Part shown: piece by piece, positions 31,530 to 41,856 of the stretch | How the letters are laid out: each line of letters begins with the position of its first letter | Position numbering within the stretch: the stretch's first letter is position 1 | Virus record (IMG/VR): IMGVR_UViG_3300037882_002578 | Coordinates: 71,903-135,902 of that record | Length of the DNA stretch: 64,000 bases | Source: a virus | Direction: 5' to 3' (one strand) | Program-made: the position numbers and the translations under genes | The notes under the pieces: generated by a model | Database searches by the model: none | What the model was told of the DNA's origin: nothing | What the model saw: only the letters and a program-made list of their open reading frames with translations

Positions 31530-33656
31530 CTAATTTTTAAATTTTGATGGCTTGATTTCAACAGGAACTCCATATTTTTTAATTATCCAATCTTTTTTAT
31601 AAAGGTCAAATTGACGTTGTGTCGGAACTTTGTCTAAACAATGTTTTTTATAATTTTCATATTCTTTTTCTTTTTTAAGTTTTTCTCTTAATTCTTTAGC
31701 TTCATTTTCTAATCTTTCTGCCGTACCATCAATAACAAAAATAATTTTTTCACATTCTGCCACATAATAATCATAGTCAATATCGTATTCTTCAAAAGGA
31801 ACTTTAAAAAACTTATTAAATACCTTTATTTTTTTATCAGCTTCATATTCAGTTGTTGATAATTTAGGTTCTCCTGTAACTTTATCAGGTTTATAAGTAC
31901 ATTTTCTAAACCTTACTCCATTTTTAGATAAATAATATCGATTTGTCTTTTGAACTTTATTTACATTAATTTCGTTTCCATTTTCATCTAAATCAAAAGT
32001 TTCTGCCCACCATTGCCCAACAGTATTTCCTGTTTTACAAAATTCATAAATATCTTGACATTCGTGTAAAGTTTCTAAAATAGGTTTGTTATATAGAAAA
32101 TAATTATTAACTGCTGTTGATACTACACCTTGATTAAAAGCTTTATGATACTCACCGTCTTTACGCATTTCTACATTCGGTTTAAAAGTACCTTTATATT
32201 TAACTTTACCATCTTTTTGAGTTACAGCTATATAGTTATTTACATCACGTATAATCATTTGAGAATAAGCAACATATTCTAAAATTAATTTTGTTTGAGC
32301 TTCCCATTCTTGACAAATTTCCCAATACAGTTGTTTATGCTCATTTGGAATAATTACTGTTAAACCATCAGTATTAATTTGAAGCATTTTTAACTTAGGT
32401 ACTCGTGTCATTAACATTTCAGATAACATACATAAAGCTAACTGTCCTGCTAAAGTAGTTTTGATTGTATATAAAGGGTCATATAAAAAACTGTATTCAC
32501 TATTAGATTTTCCGTAAACACTATTGGCTGAAAGTTTGAAACCGTCTGCCATAACCATATCTTTAGCTTTTTTTGCTTCTAAACGTGGTTTTACAATACC
32601 TTCTTCATAAATTTTACAAAACTCAGACCCTAATTGTTCAGGATATAGACCTAGTGTAATTCCTAAGCTGGGATAAAGTGAAGAAACATCACAATCCACC
32701 ACAGTCTCATTTTCAGTACTTTTATAAACTCCTGCTTTAATACAACCATGAATACCACCCGTTCCTAAGTCAAAAGTAAATCCGTCATATTCAAAACCAT
32801 ATTTAAAAGATTCTTTTAATTCAGTAACTTCAATACTTTTAATATAATCTAATAATTGGTTAAATTCTGGAGTATTAAATTTTATATAATCAGGAATACA
32901 TTCTGAAAATTTAAATAACTTTCTATGAGTTCTACGTTTTTTTACTTCATCTTCAGATTGATTAGTATAATGACAATACAGTTTTAACATTAATTGTTCT
33001 CCAATTTTACTATCTGGAAAATTTAAACATTCTAATCCATATTTTTTTTGCAGACCTTTTCTAAGTTCTAACTTATCTTTTGTTAATTCATAGAATGATT
33101 TAGTAGCTAAAATATCGTTTATGTTATAATCTAATATTTCTTCAACTTCTTTTTCTGTTTTAATTTTATGTTCGTGCGAATATGGCATATCTTGAACATT
33201 TTCAAAACACATTGCTATTTCTAGTTTTTTAAGACCTGTCATCCTGGCTTTATTATCATAATGCCAAATTCTAAAAAGGTCTAATTGAGGAATTAAAATT
33301 TCATTCTCTTTTATAGCTGAGTATTCTTGAGAAATAACAGACTGCGCTTTTTTGTAAATAATTTTAGCAATTTTATCACCATCTAATTTAATAAGTTTTT
33401 CACGTTCTTTTATGATATAATGCATTACAGGGTAATCGAAATTAATGTTATTAAATCCAATCATACCTTTAACATTCATTAAATGCATGATTAAATCATA
33501 TAAATCATTTCTTTCTTTCCATATTACAAATTTTACTATATTATCAGAATCTCTATCTACTGCACTATAAGTGAAGCAGTTAGATAGTGTCTCTATATCA
33601 TAAATTTCTGTTATTTTCATAAACCTATTTTCTTTCTCATTAATTTTAAAGCACAA
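31530..33656 (-). CDS. Family B DNA polymerase
   Basis: Exo I YDIETL, motif A DVSSLYPS, motif B KLSANSVYGKS, motif C NTDG. Confidence 0.93.
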   Translation of the reverse strand: MCFKINEKENRFMKITEIYDIETLSNCFTYSAVDRDSDNIVKFVIWKERNDLYDLIMHLMNVKGMIGFNNINFDYPVMHYIIKEREKLIKLDGDKIAKIIYKKAQSVISQEYSAIKENEILIPQLDLFRIWHYDNKARMTGLKKLEIAMCFENVQDMPYSHEHKIKTEKEVEEILDYNINDILATKSFYELTKDKLELRKGLQKKYGLECLNFPDSKIGEQLMLKLYCHYTNQSEDEVKKRRTHRKLFKFSECIPDYIKFNTPEFNQLLDYIKSIEVTELKESFKYGFEYDGFTFDLGTGGIHGCIKAGVYKSTENETVVDCDVSSLYPSLGITLGLYPEQLGSEFCKIYEEGIVKPRLEAKKAKDMVMADGFKLSANSVYGKSNSEYSFLYDPLYTIKTTLAGQLALCMLSEMLMTRVPKLKMLQINTDGLTVIIPNEHKQLYWEICQEWEAQTKLILEYVAYSQMIIRDVNNYIAVTQKDGKVKYKGTFKPNVEMRKDGEYHKAFNQGVVSTAVNNYFLYNKPILETLHECQDIYEFCKTGNTVGQWWAETFDLDENGNEINVNKVQKTNRYYLSKNGVRFRKCTYKPDKVTGEPKLSTTEYEADKKIKVFNKFFKVPFEEYDIDYDYYVAECEKIIFVIDGTAERLENEAKELREKLKKEKEYENYKKHCLDKVPTQRQFDLYKKDWIIKKYGVPVEIKPSKFKN

Positions 33657-34350
33657 TCACTTATTTCAGAACACTTTTCTAAGTAGCAGGTACAGTTGTT
33701 GTTTTCGTTTAATTTACAGTCTTTAATTTCTTCCATTTGTTTTTAATTTTCTTTCGCCGAAAAATATATAGCTTGATTAGGATTAAATACTTTAGTATAA
33801 CTGCCATCTTCAAAGTGCACGCAATAATTAGGAATAGCTTCAAAGAATAGTTCTTCGATTAGTACCACTCCTTTTTCTCCTAAAGTAAATCTTTCCCAGT
33901 CTTCTCCTGCTCCGTCTCTCTCTTGTGTCGAACCAACTTGTCTCCAATTATAATATAATGTTTTTATCTTTTCCATAATTAATCTATATAAACTTCCGTG
34001 TCTTCTTCAAACCACTTAGAAGTATTAGTTAATATCTCCAACCCAAAACAATCTGAAATCTTCTCATACTGCTCTATCTTCATATAGTCTCCTATACAGT
34101 AGAAAGTATCTCCTAGAAATAACATGTTAAATTTTAATTTTTTCATAATTAAACTTTTTCCCAAAATTCTGGATTATTTTCTACTTCTGAATTATTAAGT
34201 CTCTTATAGTCAGAATACTTACTTGAACATGTAGAATACATGTAACTTCTATCTCCTAAACCTACTACCACACCTTCTTTCCAATCCTTTGGTAAAGAAG
34301 GGTATTTTTTAATTAATTTATATTCTTTCATTTTAAAAATATTTTTAAAA

Positions 34351-35001
34351 TTAACACTGTATTAAGTTTGTTTTATTAGGGGTGTAACCATTTAAATGGC
34401 GTTTCAGTGTACTATAATTAATACCATAAGCGTAAGAGGCATCTTTTATACAATCATAAAAAATACCTGTTTCTAAACAAAGAACTATTTTTGATAGTTT
34501 ACTCTTACCCCCTAAACTTCTACCTATATTACTAAGACTTATTTTATTTTTTGTTTCATCAGAATGAGTCTTTCCAAAATTAGGATTACCCTCACCAGAT
34601 ACCCTTTTACTCATTTCATTTTTAGCTGAATCTGTCCAAGTTTTCCCATACATAGGATTCTTATCTCCCGTGTACTGAAGACTCTTTTTTAATAAGACTT
34701 CTTCAGAATAAACTCTTACCATGTCACCGCATTCTGTAAGTATGCAATTTAAACCTTTTTCTCCTAAAACGTTAAATTTGTCTTGCCAAAATCTTTCCCT
34801 ACAATTCAAATCCTCTATACTAGTTTGTTCTATTATCTCAAATATATGATTATCAACACCAAATAAAATCAAAGACTCTAAAATTTTAGGTTGTGCTTTA
34901 CAAGCTAGTCTTTTGTAAGCTGACCATCTGCTATTAATGTTTTTACTTGCTCCGATATATATTTTACCTATCGGATTTAATATTTTATAAATACCTGTCA
35001 T
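34351..35001 (-). CDS. GIY-YIG homing endonuclease with NUMOD3 repeats
   Basis: GIYKI.N...KIYIGAS; GDKNPMYGK and GEGNPNFGKTHS.ETK.KIS repeats. Confidence 0.85.
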   Translation of the reverse strand: MTGIYKILNPIGKIYIGASKNINSRWSAYKRLACKAQPKILESLILFGVDNHIFEIIEQTSIEDLNCRERFWQDKFNVLGEKGLNCILTECGDMVRVYSEEVLLKKSLQYTGDKNPMYGKTWTDSAKNEMSKRVSGEGNPNFGKTHSDETKNKISLSNIGRSLGGKSKLSKIVLCLETGIFYDCIKDASYAYGINYSTLKRHLNGYTPNKTNLIQC

Positions 35002-35351
35002 CTGTTTATCTTTAAGTTACTAAAATGATTCATTCCATACTCAAACCCTGCTTGAAACATCCTTTTGTCATCTTCAAGACTTAATCTTTGCATGTAAGCA
35101 GATTGTTGAAGTGTTTCTTTATATTCTTCCCAAGCTTTTTTATAACTCATAATCGTTTAATGTATTTTTTAGCTCCTCAACTACTTCTTCTAAAGATTCA
35201 ATTTGGGTATCTTTCTTAGAAATTTCATTTTGTAAACTTTCAACTTCTGTTTCTAATCTTTCTATTTCCGCAACTAAAGAATCAATACCATCTTTAGCAT
35301 AATCTACATTCCTTTCTAACTGTCTATCCATGTTTATATTATTTTATTCTA

Positions 35352-35383
35352 CAAATATACTACTAAATATTTTATCTCGCAAA
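35352..35383 (-). promoter_or_regulatory. Bacteroidota-type promoter
   Basis: Minus-strand TTTG-N20-TATATTTG upstream of the ATG at 35331. Confidence 0.75.
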
Positions 35384-35488
35384 TAAACTTCGTAAAAACT
35401 TTAATTCATTTAATCACTCGTGCCTCGTATTCAGCGCAAAAGAAAAAAATACAGAAGAAATTAATCAACTGTATTTTACATTAACCTT

Positions 35489-36607
35489 CTAAAAAGGAGG
35501 GTCTTCTCCAAAAGCATCTTTTAAACTACCTAAAGGCACTATAGACTCTTTCTCAAACACAGGAGTAGAACTAAATATAGGAGCTGAAGTTGAGAAAGTG
35601 TTTTCTACAATAGACTGTTTCATCTTTTTCAGTTGGTCTTCATTTAAGTCTAAACGCTTGACAAATAAGTCTTTCCAAGGATTATCTGATTCTCTAGTTT
35701 TTGTCACAAAAAAGAACAAGTTACCAACAGTAGAAAAAGAAACTCTGTCATTTTTATCTTCCTCGCCAAAAAATTCTGACAAGTAGTCATATCTATTTAC
35801 ATTAACTTTTAAGTATTGGTCAATAGACTGTTTAAAAGGGTTAGTTATAATCACTATGTAAGAAGCTAACTGTTCCATAAAGGAAGACCCAAATATTAAA
35901 GAATTAGTTGGTATCATATCATTAGACTTGGCTTTTATTACCGCATTGTGAGAACGATTCAATTGAGATAGTAAAATAAAATATATGTTCTTAAACTCTA
36001 ACTTTAGTAAATTAATACACTCAGAAATTCTTTCAAGAACAGATTGTTTATCAGAGCCTGAGAATAACAGTAAGTGGTCAATTGATAAAAGTATAGCATC
36101 TTTTGATACGTTTAATAAACAAAAATCTCTAGTCATTTTGTAAAACTCTTCTGGAGTAACAGGAGCTTGAACTACATATCTTCTATTATCTTTTAAGTTT
36201 TCATAATACTCTTTTACTTTTTTTGCTTCATCTTCGTTAAAAGGTTCAAAAAGAATATCTGACTTCTTTTTTCCTAGTAAAGTATGAGTAGAGCGAAGCA
36301 GTTTATTTAACATTCTCATCTCCATGCTAAATTCTAGACTTACAAAATTATCGGCAAAAAAATTAATTTCTTTACTCATAATTTTTTCAATCATTCTATA
36401 AAGAGTCTCTGACTTACCTGAACTTGGAGCACCAGCTAATAAAACACAGTCACCGACTAACAATCCTCCAATGTGACAGTCTATCATTTCTTCTCCTGTT
36501 TTAAGTATTAACTTTTCTTTTTTCTGTAGTTTATTTAATTCAGAGAAAGCTTCTGTAGCTGCATCACCTACTTTTCTTATTCTGTTATCTAGTTTAATTT
36601 CTTGCAT
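35489..36607 (-). CDS. dnaB: DnaB-like SF4 replicative helicase
   Basis: Walker A AGAPSSGKS, FSMEM, SIDH and LSQLNR motifs. Confidence 0.85.
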   Translation of the reverse strand: MQEIKLDNRIRKVGDAATEAFSELNKLQKKEKLILKTGEEMIDCHIGGLLVGDCVLLAGAPSSGKSETLYRMIEKIMSKEINFFADNFVSLEFSMEMRMLNKLLRSTHTLLGKKKSDILFEPFNEDEAKKVKEYYENLKDNRRYVVQAPVTPEEFYKMTRDFCLLNVSKDAILLSIDHLLLFSGSDKQSVLERISECINLLKLEFKNIYFILLSQLNRSHNAVIKAKSNDMIPTNSLIFGSSFMEQLASYIVIITNPFKQSIDQYLKVNVNRYDYLSEFFGEEDKNDRVSFSTVGNLFFFVTKTRESDNPWKDLFVKRLDLNEDQLKKMKQSIVENTFSTSAPIFSSTPVFEKESIVPLGSLKDAFGEDPPF

Positions 36608-37198
36608 TTAATTGTTGTTTATTCTTGAAAAAGCATCTTCAAAAAAATCTTTTCTTTTTTCGTAATATTGATATAGACGGCTTTGATAAATATCAAATTT
36701 TGTCGAGAACAGGTTCGCACCTTTAAAAAATAAAAATTCTAGTTTTTGACTGAATTCTATTTCTTTATCATCATTTATAAATGTTTGGCAAAGAAAAGCT
36801 AAATGATTTTTAGAAATACCTGAGTTAGCTCTAAATTGGGAAATAAAATTTTTACATTTTCTTTTATTCCCAGATTCTTTATTCATAGACTTATATACAT
36901 TTTCTAACCAATTAAACAGTTTAATATCGTCCTCGGTTATACTAGAGGTAGTAATATCATCTATCCAATCATTACCTACAGAAGTTAAACGAACAGTGTT
37001 ATGCTCGTTTTCAGACTTGTTTTTAGGTTTTATGAATGTTATTAAGTTTGTCTCTTTAAACTTGCTTAAAACATCTTTAAAGTGATATTCTATAACTCCT
37101 GAGTTGTCTTCTATTTTATTAGCTTTTACCGCCAAAAGAAACATAAATTCGTTAGGAGAAATACCTCTACCATTTAACAGTTTAAAATTTATGTACAT
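36608..37198 (-). CDS. Hypothetical replication-associated protein
   Basis: 196-aa ORF abutting the helicase start. Function is inferred from position only. Confidence 0.45.
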   Translation of the reverse strand: MYINFKLLNGRGISPNEFMFLLAVKANKIEDNSGVIEYHFKDVLSKFKETNLITFIKPKNKSENEHNTVRLTSVGNDWIDDITTSSITEDDIKLFNWLENVYKSMNKESGNKRKCKNFISQFRANSGISKNHLAFLCQTFINDDKEIEFSQKLEFLFFKGANLFSTKFDIYQSRLYQYYEKRKDFFEDAFSRINNN

Positions 37199-38339
37199 GG
37201 CTATACAATTTTATTTAAACCTTCTTCTAACATCTCTGAAAAGCAAGTGCCTCCATTGTAAAATAAATATGTAAAATCTACAGTACCATCTTCATTCTTA
37301 CTTGTAATATCTAAAAAGTCTGCATCCCTTTCTCCTGAATGTTGAATCATTTCATATAAAGTTTCTTTGTTGTATATATACTTAATATACATAGATTCTT
37401 TATATTTCTTAGATTTATCTCTTACTTGAAAAAGGGTGTAACCGTCTTCTAAATACTCCTCAAAGTCTTCTACTTCAAATCCATCTTTTGTTTTTAACCA
37501 TTTTTTAAAATCTTCAATACTTACATTATATTGAATAGGTTTTAATTTTCCTGTGTGTAATTCTGTACAACTCATACTCTATCCTATTAATTCATCAACA
37601 TTTATATTCCAATTGTCTAATATCTCTTGAATACCTGAAAAAGAAACTTCTATTCCATCAAACACATCATTATTAGTGTTGTCTATATTTTCAAATTTCT
37701 GTTCTAATCTTTTTTTAAGCCGATTTATTTCCCATAAAGCTTGTACTAAATCATCTGCAATTAAACAGCGTTTAAGCTTTAAAGCATCTTCTGGATTATC
37801 GTTATCAAATTTAATTTTAGTTTTCATATTTTAAAAGTATCAGTTTAGCTAATTGTATAGCATCTTTCTTTTCTATTTCTGTCTGCATTAGAACTCTATC
37901 TTCTGAAGTGTCCATAAGATTAATAATTAAACATTTTTCATTTAAACAGAAAGTGTTTTCATCATTTTCAGAATGAGGGGTTGTGTCAAACTCTGTGACA
38001 TTACAATCAAATATTATTGTACTCATAATTTATTTTTTTACAAATATAATATTAATTTCCGCCGAAAACAAATAAAATAGGAGAAACTTTTAAAAAATAT
38101 CTCCTATTAAATATGTAATAAATCTAAATACCACATAACATAAACCATATATAGCTATGTAAGGTATGGTACCTAAAATAAAATCTTTGCATTTCATGTT
38201 TAAGGTTTTAACTTGTAAAAGAGCACGTACCCTTCAGAATGTACACCTGCTGAAGCTATCGATATAATCTGACTAATTTGTATGTTACTGTTAACCCAAT
38301 CAGTTAACTCGTCTGTGTATTTAAAATGTCTCGTGTCCA

Positions 38340-38756
38340 TTACAAAAATTGTTTAAGGTTAGGTTTAAAATAATGTTTAGGTTTTAAAATTTTACCTAAA
38401 GGTCTTGACTCATCTAAAACTCCGTCCTCTCCGTTAATAATAGGTAAACCTTCTTCATCTAATTTACTCATATTACTACGCCAAACTTCTTCAAAACACT
38501 TTTCAATGATATTTTGCATGCCATGCTCTAAGATTGTTCCGCAAAGGATAAAGAGTTGGTCAGTGAGCGCATCAGCGACTTCTATTAAATCATTGTTTTT
38601 AGCAGCTTCTAAATACTCCTCGTTTTCTTCTTTCATAAGTTCAAAACGGAGGTTAGCTTTTTCTAAACCTATTAGTGTCGGGCTTGGCTCTACATTTTGA
38701 CCAAAGGCTACTTGAAAATCTCTTACTTGTGATAATTGTTTTTGCATTTTATTCAT
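38340..38756 (-). CDS. MazG-like all-alpha NTP pyrophosphohydrolase
   Basis: EENEEY...EVADALTD...EVWRSNMSKL...GKILKP.HYFKPNL pattern. Confidence 0.85.
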   Translation of the reverse strand: MNKMQKQLSQVRDFQVAFGQNVEPSPTLIGLEKANLRFELMKEENEEYLEAAKNNDLIEVADALTDQLFILCGTILEHGMQNIIEKCFEEVWRSNMSKLDEEGLPIINGEDGVLDESRPLGKILKPKHYFKPNLKQFL

Positions 38757-39004
38757 TTAAAGGTTCATATCTGTAAATACTGTTTAAAGTTTCAAAAGTG
38801 TTTTCATTAATTATTTTTGTTACGGGAGAAGTAGATATACCACTATTTTGATAATTAATATAACTTAAGTTAAATCTTTCTCCTACTGTAGGTTCTTTAA
38901 TAAAATCTCCTACGTGAAACTCTTTAGATTCTCCAAAATCTGAATATGGGTGAAAAGGATTTTCTACTTTTCCTATTTTTGTTATTTTATAAATCATTTG
39001 TTTT

Positions 39005-40675
39005 TTATATTGCAATTTCTAATTTCTCTGTTAAAGGTTTAATACCTTCCAAATTACTAAACTTAAAATCTTCAACTGTATGTTCATAAAAGTTCTTAGG
39101 TTCGCAAATCAATTCTATCTTAGGTTGTAATTTAGTAGGTTTTCTTTTTAATATTTCTTTGGCGGCATATAAATGCCTATCATAAATGTGACAGTTTTGA
39201 ACTACATGTAACAGCTTACCAACTTCATGTTTAATTCCTGTTTTAAAAGTCAAATGATTACAAACCATCATACCTAGCATTACATATTGAATAGAATTAA
39301 TACTTGAAGTCATTACATAATCTTGGCTTCTTTGACTTAAAGTTAAATCGATATATCTTGTTTTATACCATTTACCTTGCATTTCGTCTCCATTTTCATT
39401 ATCTCTAACACTCCACACTGTCTCGAATGCACATTCCATTAATTGTTTTTTATTTTGATTCTCGAAATTAAAAAATGATAGTAGATGCCTTCTGCCAAAG
39501 GGGTTATTTTCTATATTGAATAATAATTCATTTAGTTGGTTTTTTACTATAGGTAGCCTATACACATTATCTAAATCATTGACTATTTCGATTTTATCTA
39601 ATATATTTTTATTTTTTTCTGTAATATTTTTAGGTGATGTGCTTAATATGTTTAAAACTTTTTTACCTGTAATACCTAAATACTCCCCTACCTCCCTAGT
39701 AGAGCCAAAAAAATTATTATCTACCTTATATATTTTCTGACTACTCCTATACAATAGATTTTCCTTATTTTTTATAAAAGCACAAGTGTTCTTACTATAA
39801 AAATTAGCCCCATAATAATCTTTGTCTAAAACCCAATCTTTGAATTCATCCCTTTTTGCAGAGAAATAGTGAGGCACATGTACAATATCTTCTAAGAAAT
39901 TACTAAAAGAATGCCATCTATCGGTAACATTACTAATATTATATTTTTTATTATTATTCCCTTTACCTACTATTCTGTCTGTCATGTTACGCCACACTTT
40001 CATTAACAGTCTTATTGTAATTTCATCTAGTTTTGATTTACTATAGTCTCCGTAATAAAAAATATTTCCTATAGATTTATAAAAGGGGCTCATCACATCT
40101 TTTCTAAGTCCCGATTCAATGACAATTCCGCAATCTAATAATTGTATTTTATATTTAAAGTAGGATATTCTATCTAAAACTCTATAATCGCAAAATTTAC
40201 CTTTAATTACTCTGTTTGATTGAGCATATTTTTCAGAAGTATACAGTTCTTCAAATTTTGGTAAATACTCACAATTTTCACTTAAAGGTTCTTTTTTAGT
40301 AACTTTTGTAAAATATTTTCTATTGCTTTCACAGTAAGGTTCTAAATTCCAAGCGTATGCTGTTCCTAAATTACCTTCTTCATTCATCCAATATCCCCAC
40401 CAATTAACCCCGTTTCTTAAAAAATCTTTTTGCTTATTAGACTGTTCAATGTAAATTGTTTTTATCTCTTGGAAAGCTCCTTTTAAAGCAGTTGTTCTCA
40501 AAGTGTTAATGGGAAAATCTCCTTTACTAATATCGTATTTAAAAACTTTTTGAGTTACAAACTTTGAATTTGCAGGTGTACCATCAGCCCAACGTGTTCT
40601 AGGCTCTTTATCCCACTGACCTTCTTCAAGGATTTCATATATAGTTTCTTTTAAGTATCTGTCTGCTTTTATCAT
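39005..40675 (-). CDS. thyA: Thymidylate synthase with in-frame endonuclease-like insertion
   Basis: ThyA N-part (RTRWADG, FPINTLR, WW.YW...G.AY) and C-part (NPFGRRH, catalytic EC, QRSQD, N.HIYDRH), separated by about 267 foreign residues. Confidence 0.88.
   Translation of the reverse strand: MIKADRYLKETIYEILEEGQWDKEPRTRWADGTPANSKFVTQKVFKYDISKGDFPINTLRTTALKGAFQEIKTIYIEQSNKQKDFLRNGVNWWGYWMNEEGNLGTAYAWNLEPYCESNRKYFTKVTKKEPLSENCEYLPKFEELYTSEKYAQSNRVIKGKFCDYRVLDRISYFKYKIQLLDCGIVIESGLRKDVMSPFYKSIGNIFYYGDYSKSKLDEITIRLLMKVWRNMTDRIVGKGNNNKKYNISNVTDRWHSFSNFLEDIVHVPHYFSAKRDEFKDWVLDKDYYGANFYSKNTCAFIKNKENLLYRSSQKIYKVDNNFFGSTREVGEYLGITGKKVLNILSTSPKNITEKNKNILDKIEIVNDLDNVYRLPIVKNQLNELLFNIENNPFGRRHLLSFFNFENQNKKQLMECAFETVWSVRDNENGDEMQGKWYKTRYIDLTLSQRSQDYVMTSSINSIQYVMLGMMVCNHLTFKTGIKHEVGKLLHVVQNCHIYDRHLYAAKEILKRKPTKLQPKIELICEPKNFYEHTVEDFKFSNLEGIKPLTEKLEIAI
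39542..40342 (-). mobile_element. In-frame HNH-like homing endonuclease insertion in thyA
   Basis: The insert carries VWRNM.DR...RWHSFSNFLED...LDKD...YSKNTCAFI, paralleling the free-standing ORF 48131-48805 (TWNHMLQR...EWHNYQNF...LDKD...YSPDTCCFV). Boundaries are approximate. Confidence 0.7.
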
Positions 40676-41856
40676 TATTTCTTTATTATATTACAAATGT
40701 AGTCACTGAGATTGTTAATTACATTGACAAGTTCCATAAGGATTACTCTCTGAAAATGTTGACATTTGTTGGCATAATCCACACCAACGTGTCCAAGTTT
40801 CTTCTTCCATAATTTATTTTTTTACAAATGTATTACTTTTATTTTGATATTCCTAGTAAATAGTTATTTTTTTCTGACTTGTTAGATACCACATTTTTGA
40901 AATTTCACAAAAATAATATCGACATGGCTTAACAGCTTTACAACTATTATAATTGGTATTTATTATTCTTTCTAGTTCCTCTCGAACCTCTTTTTCTGAA
41001 TTAAATCCTCGTTTTTCTTTTTTATCTTCCATGATTATTTATTTACTATTTTATACTAAATTTTACTAGCTCCCCACTTTATTACTTCCCAAATTACAAT
41101 TGTAATAATAATTGTTTTCATATTATCATTTTTAAGTATTCTTCAACATTTTCTATGTCTTGGAATGGTGTGTTATTCAAATCCTGTCCTATTGTTTTTC
41201 GCCGAAATAAAAAATTAAAATAATAAACTGATTTTACAATATAATACTCAGGTAATTCATTCCTATCTCCTAAACTACGATACAAAGGTTGTATCTCAAA
41301 GACCACCCGTTTCATTTCTTAACTATTTCTATTAGCTTTTTAAGACATTCTAATTCAGCTTTTTCGTATACTTTACTATAAACATCATAATCAACTTCAA
41401 TAATTTTAAAAAAATCTAAACTACTATCAGGATATGTTATTTCCCCAACATATAAAGAAATATTCCCATCGTCACATTGATGTTCCCAAGTTAAATTGTA
41501 TTTTTCTCTAAAAAATTTAAAAGCTTGTGAATAAATTGGAGCTGTACAACATTTATTTTGTATAGGAAAATTTCCTTTACCTTCGGATATATTCAAAATT
41601 AATTCTATATCATTTTCAGATATATCCCAACTACCTTTTTGATACTCACCAAAACAAGGTTCATCAAATCCTAATTCTTTTAACTCTAAAGCTAATTCAT
41701 AAGGCACAAATAAATCTTCCATAATTACTTCTTTTTAAATTTCTTTTACAAATGTATAACTAATTTTTCACTCCTGCAAGAAAAAAACTGAAAAATAATT
41801 AAAATAAAAAAGACCCACTTTTTAGGTGAGTCTTAGTCTTGTTGTTTATTTATATA

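Noticed and set aside
37995-38004. Possible third VR (GTGACATTAC matches the TR)
   Set aside because: Only 10 bp match and the flanks diverge at non-adenine positions; consistent with chance.
39542-40342. Canonical intein in ThyA
   Set aside because: No terminal His-Asn followed by Cys/Ser/Thr and no recognisable splicing blocks. The lone Cys near the start (PYCES) is not enough.
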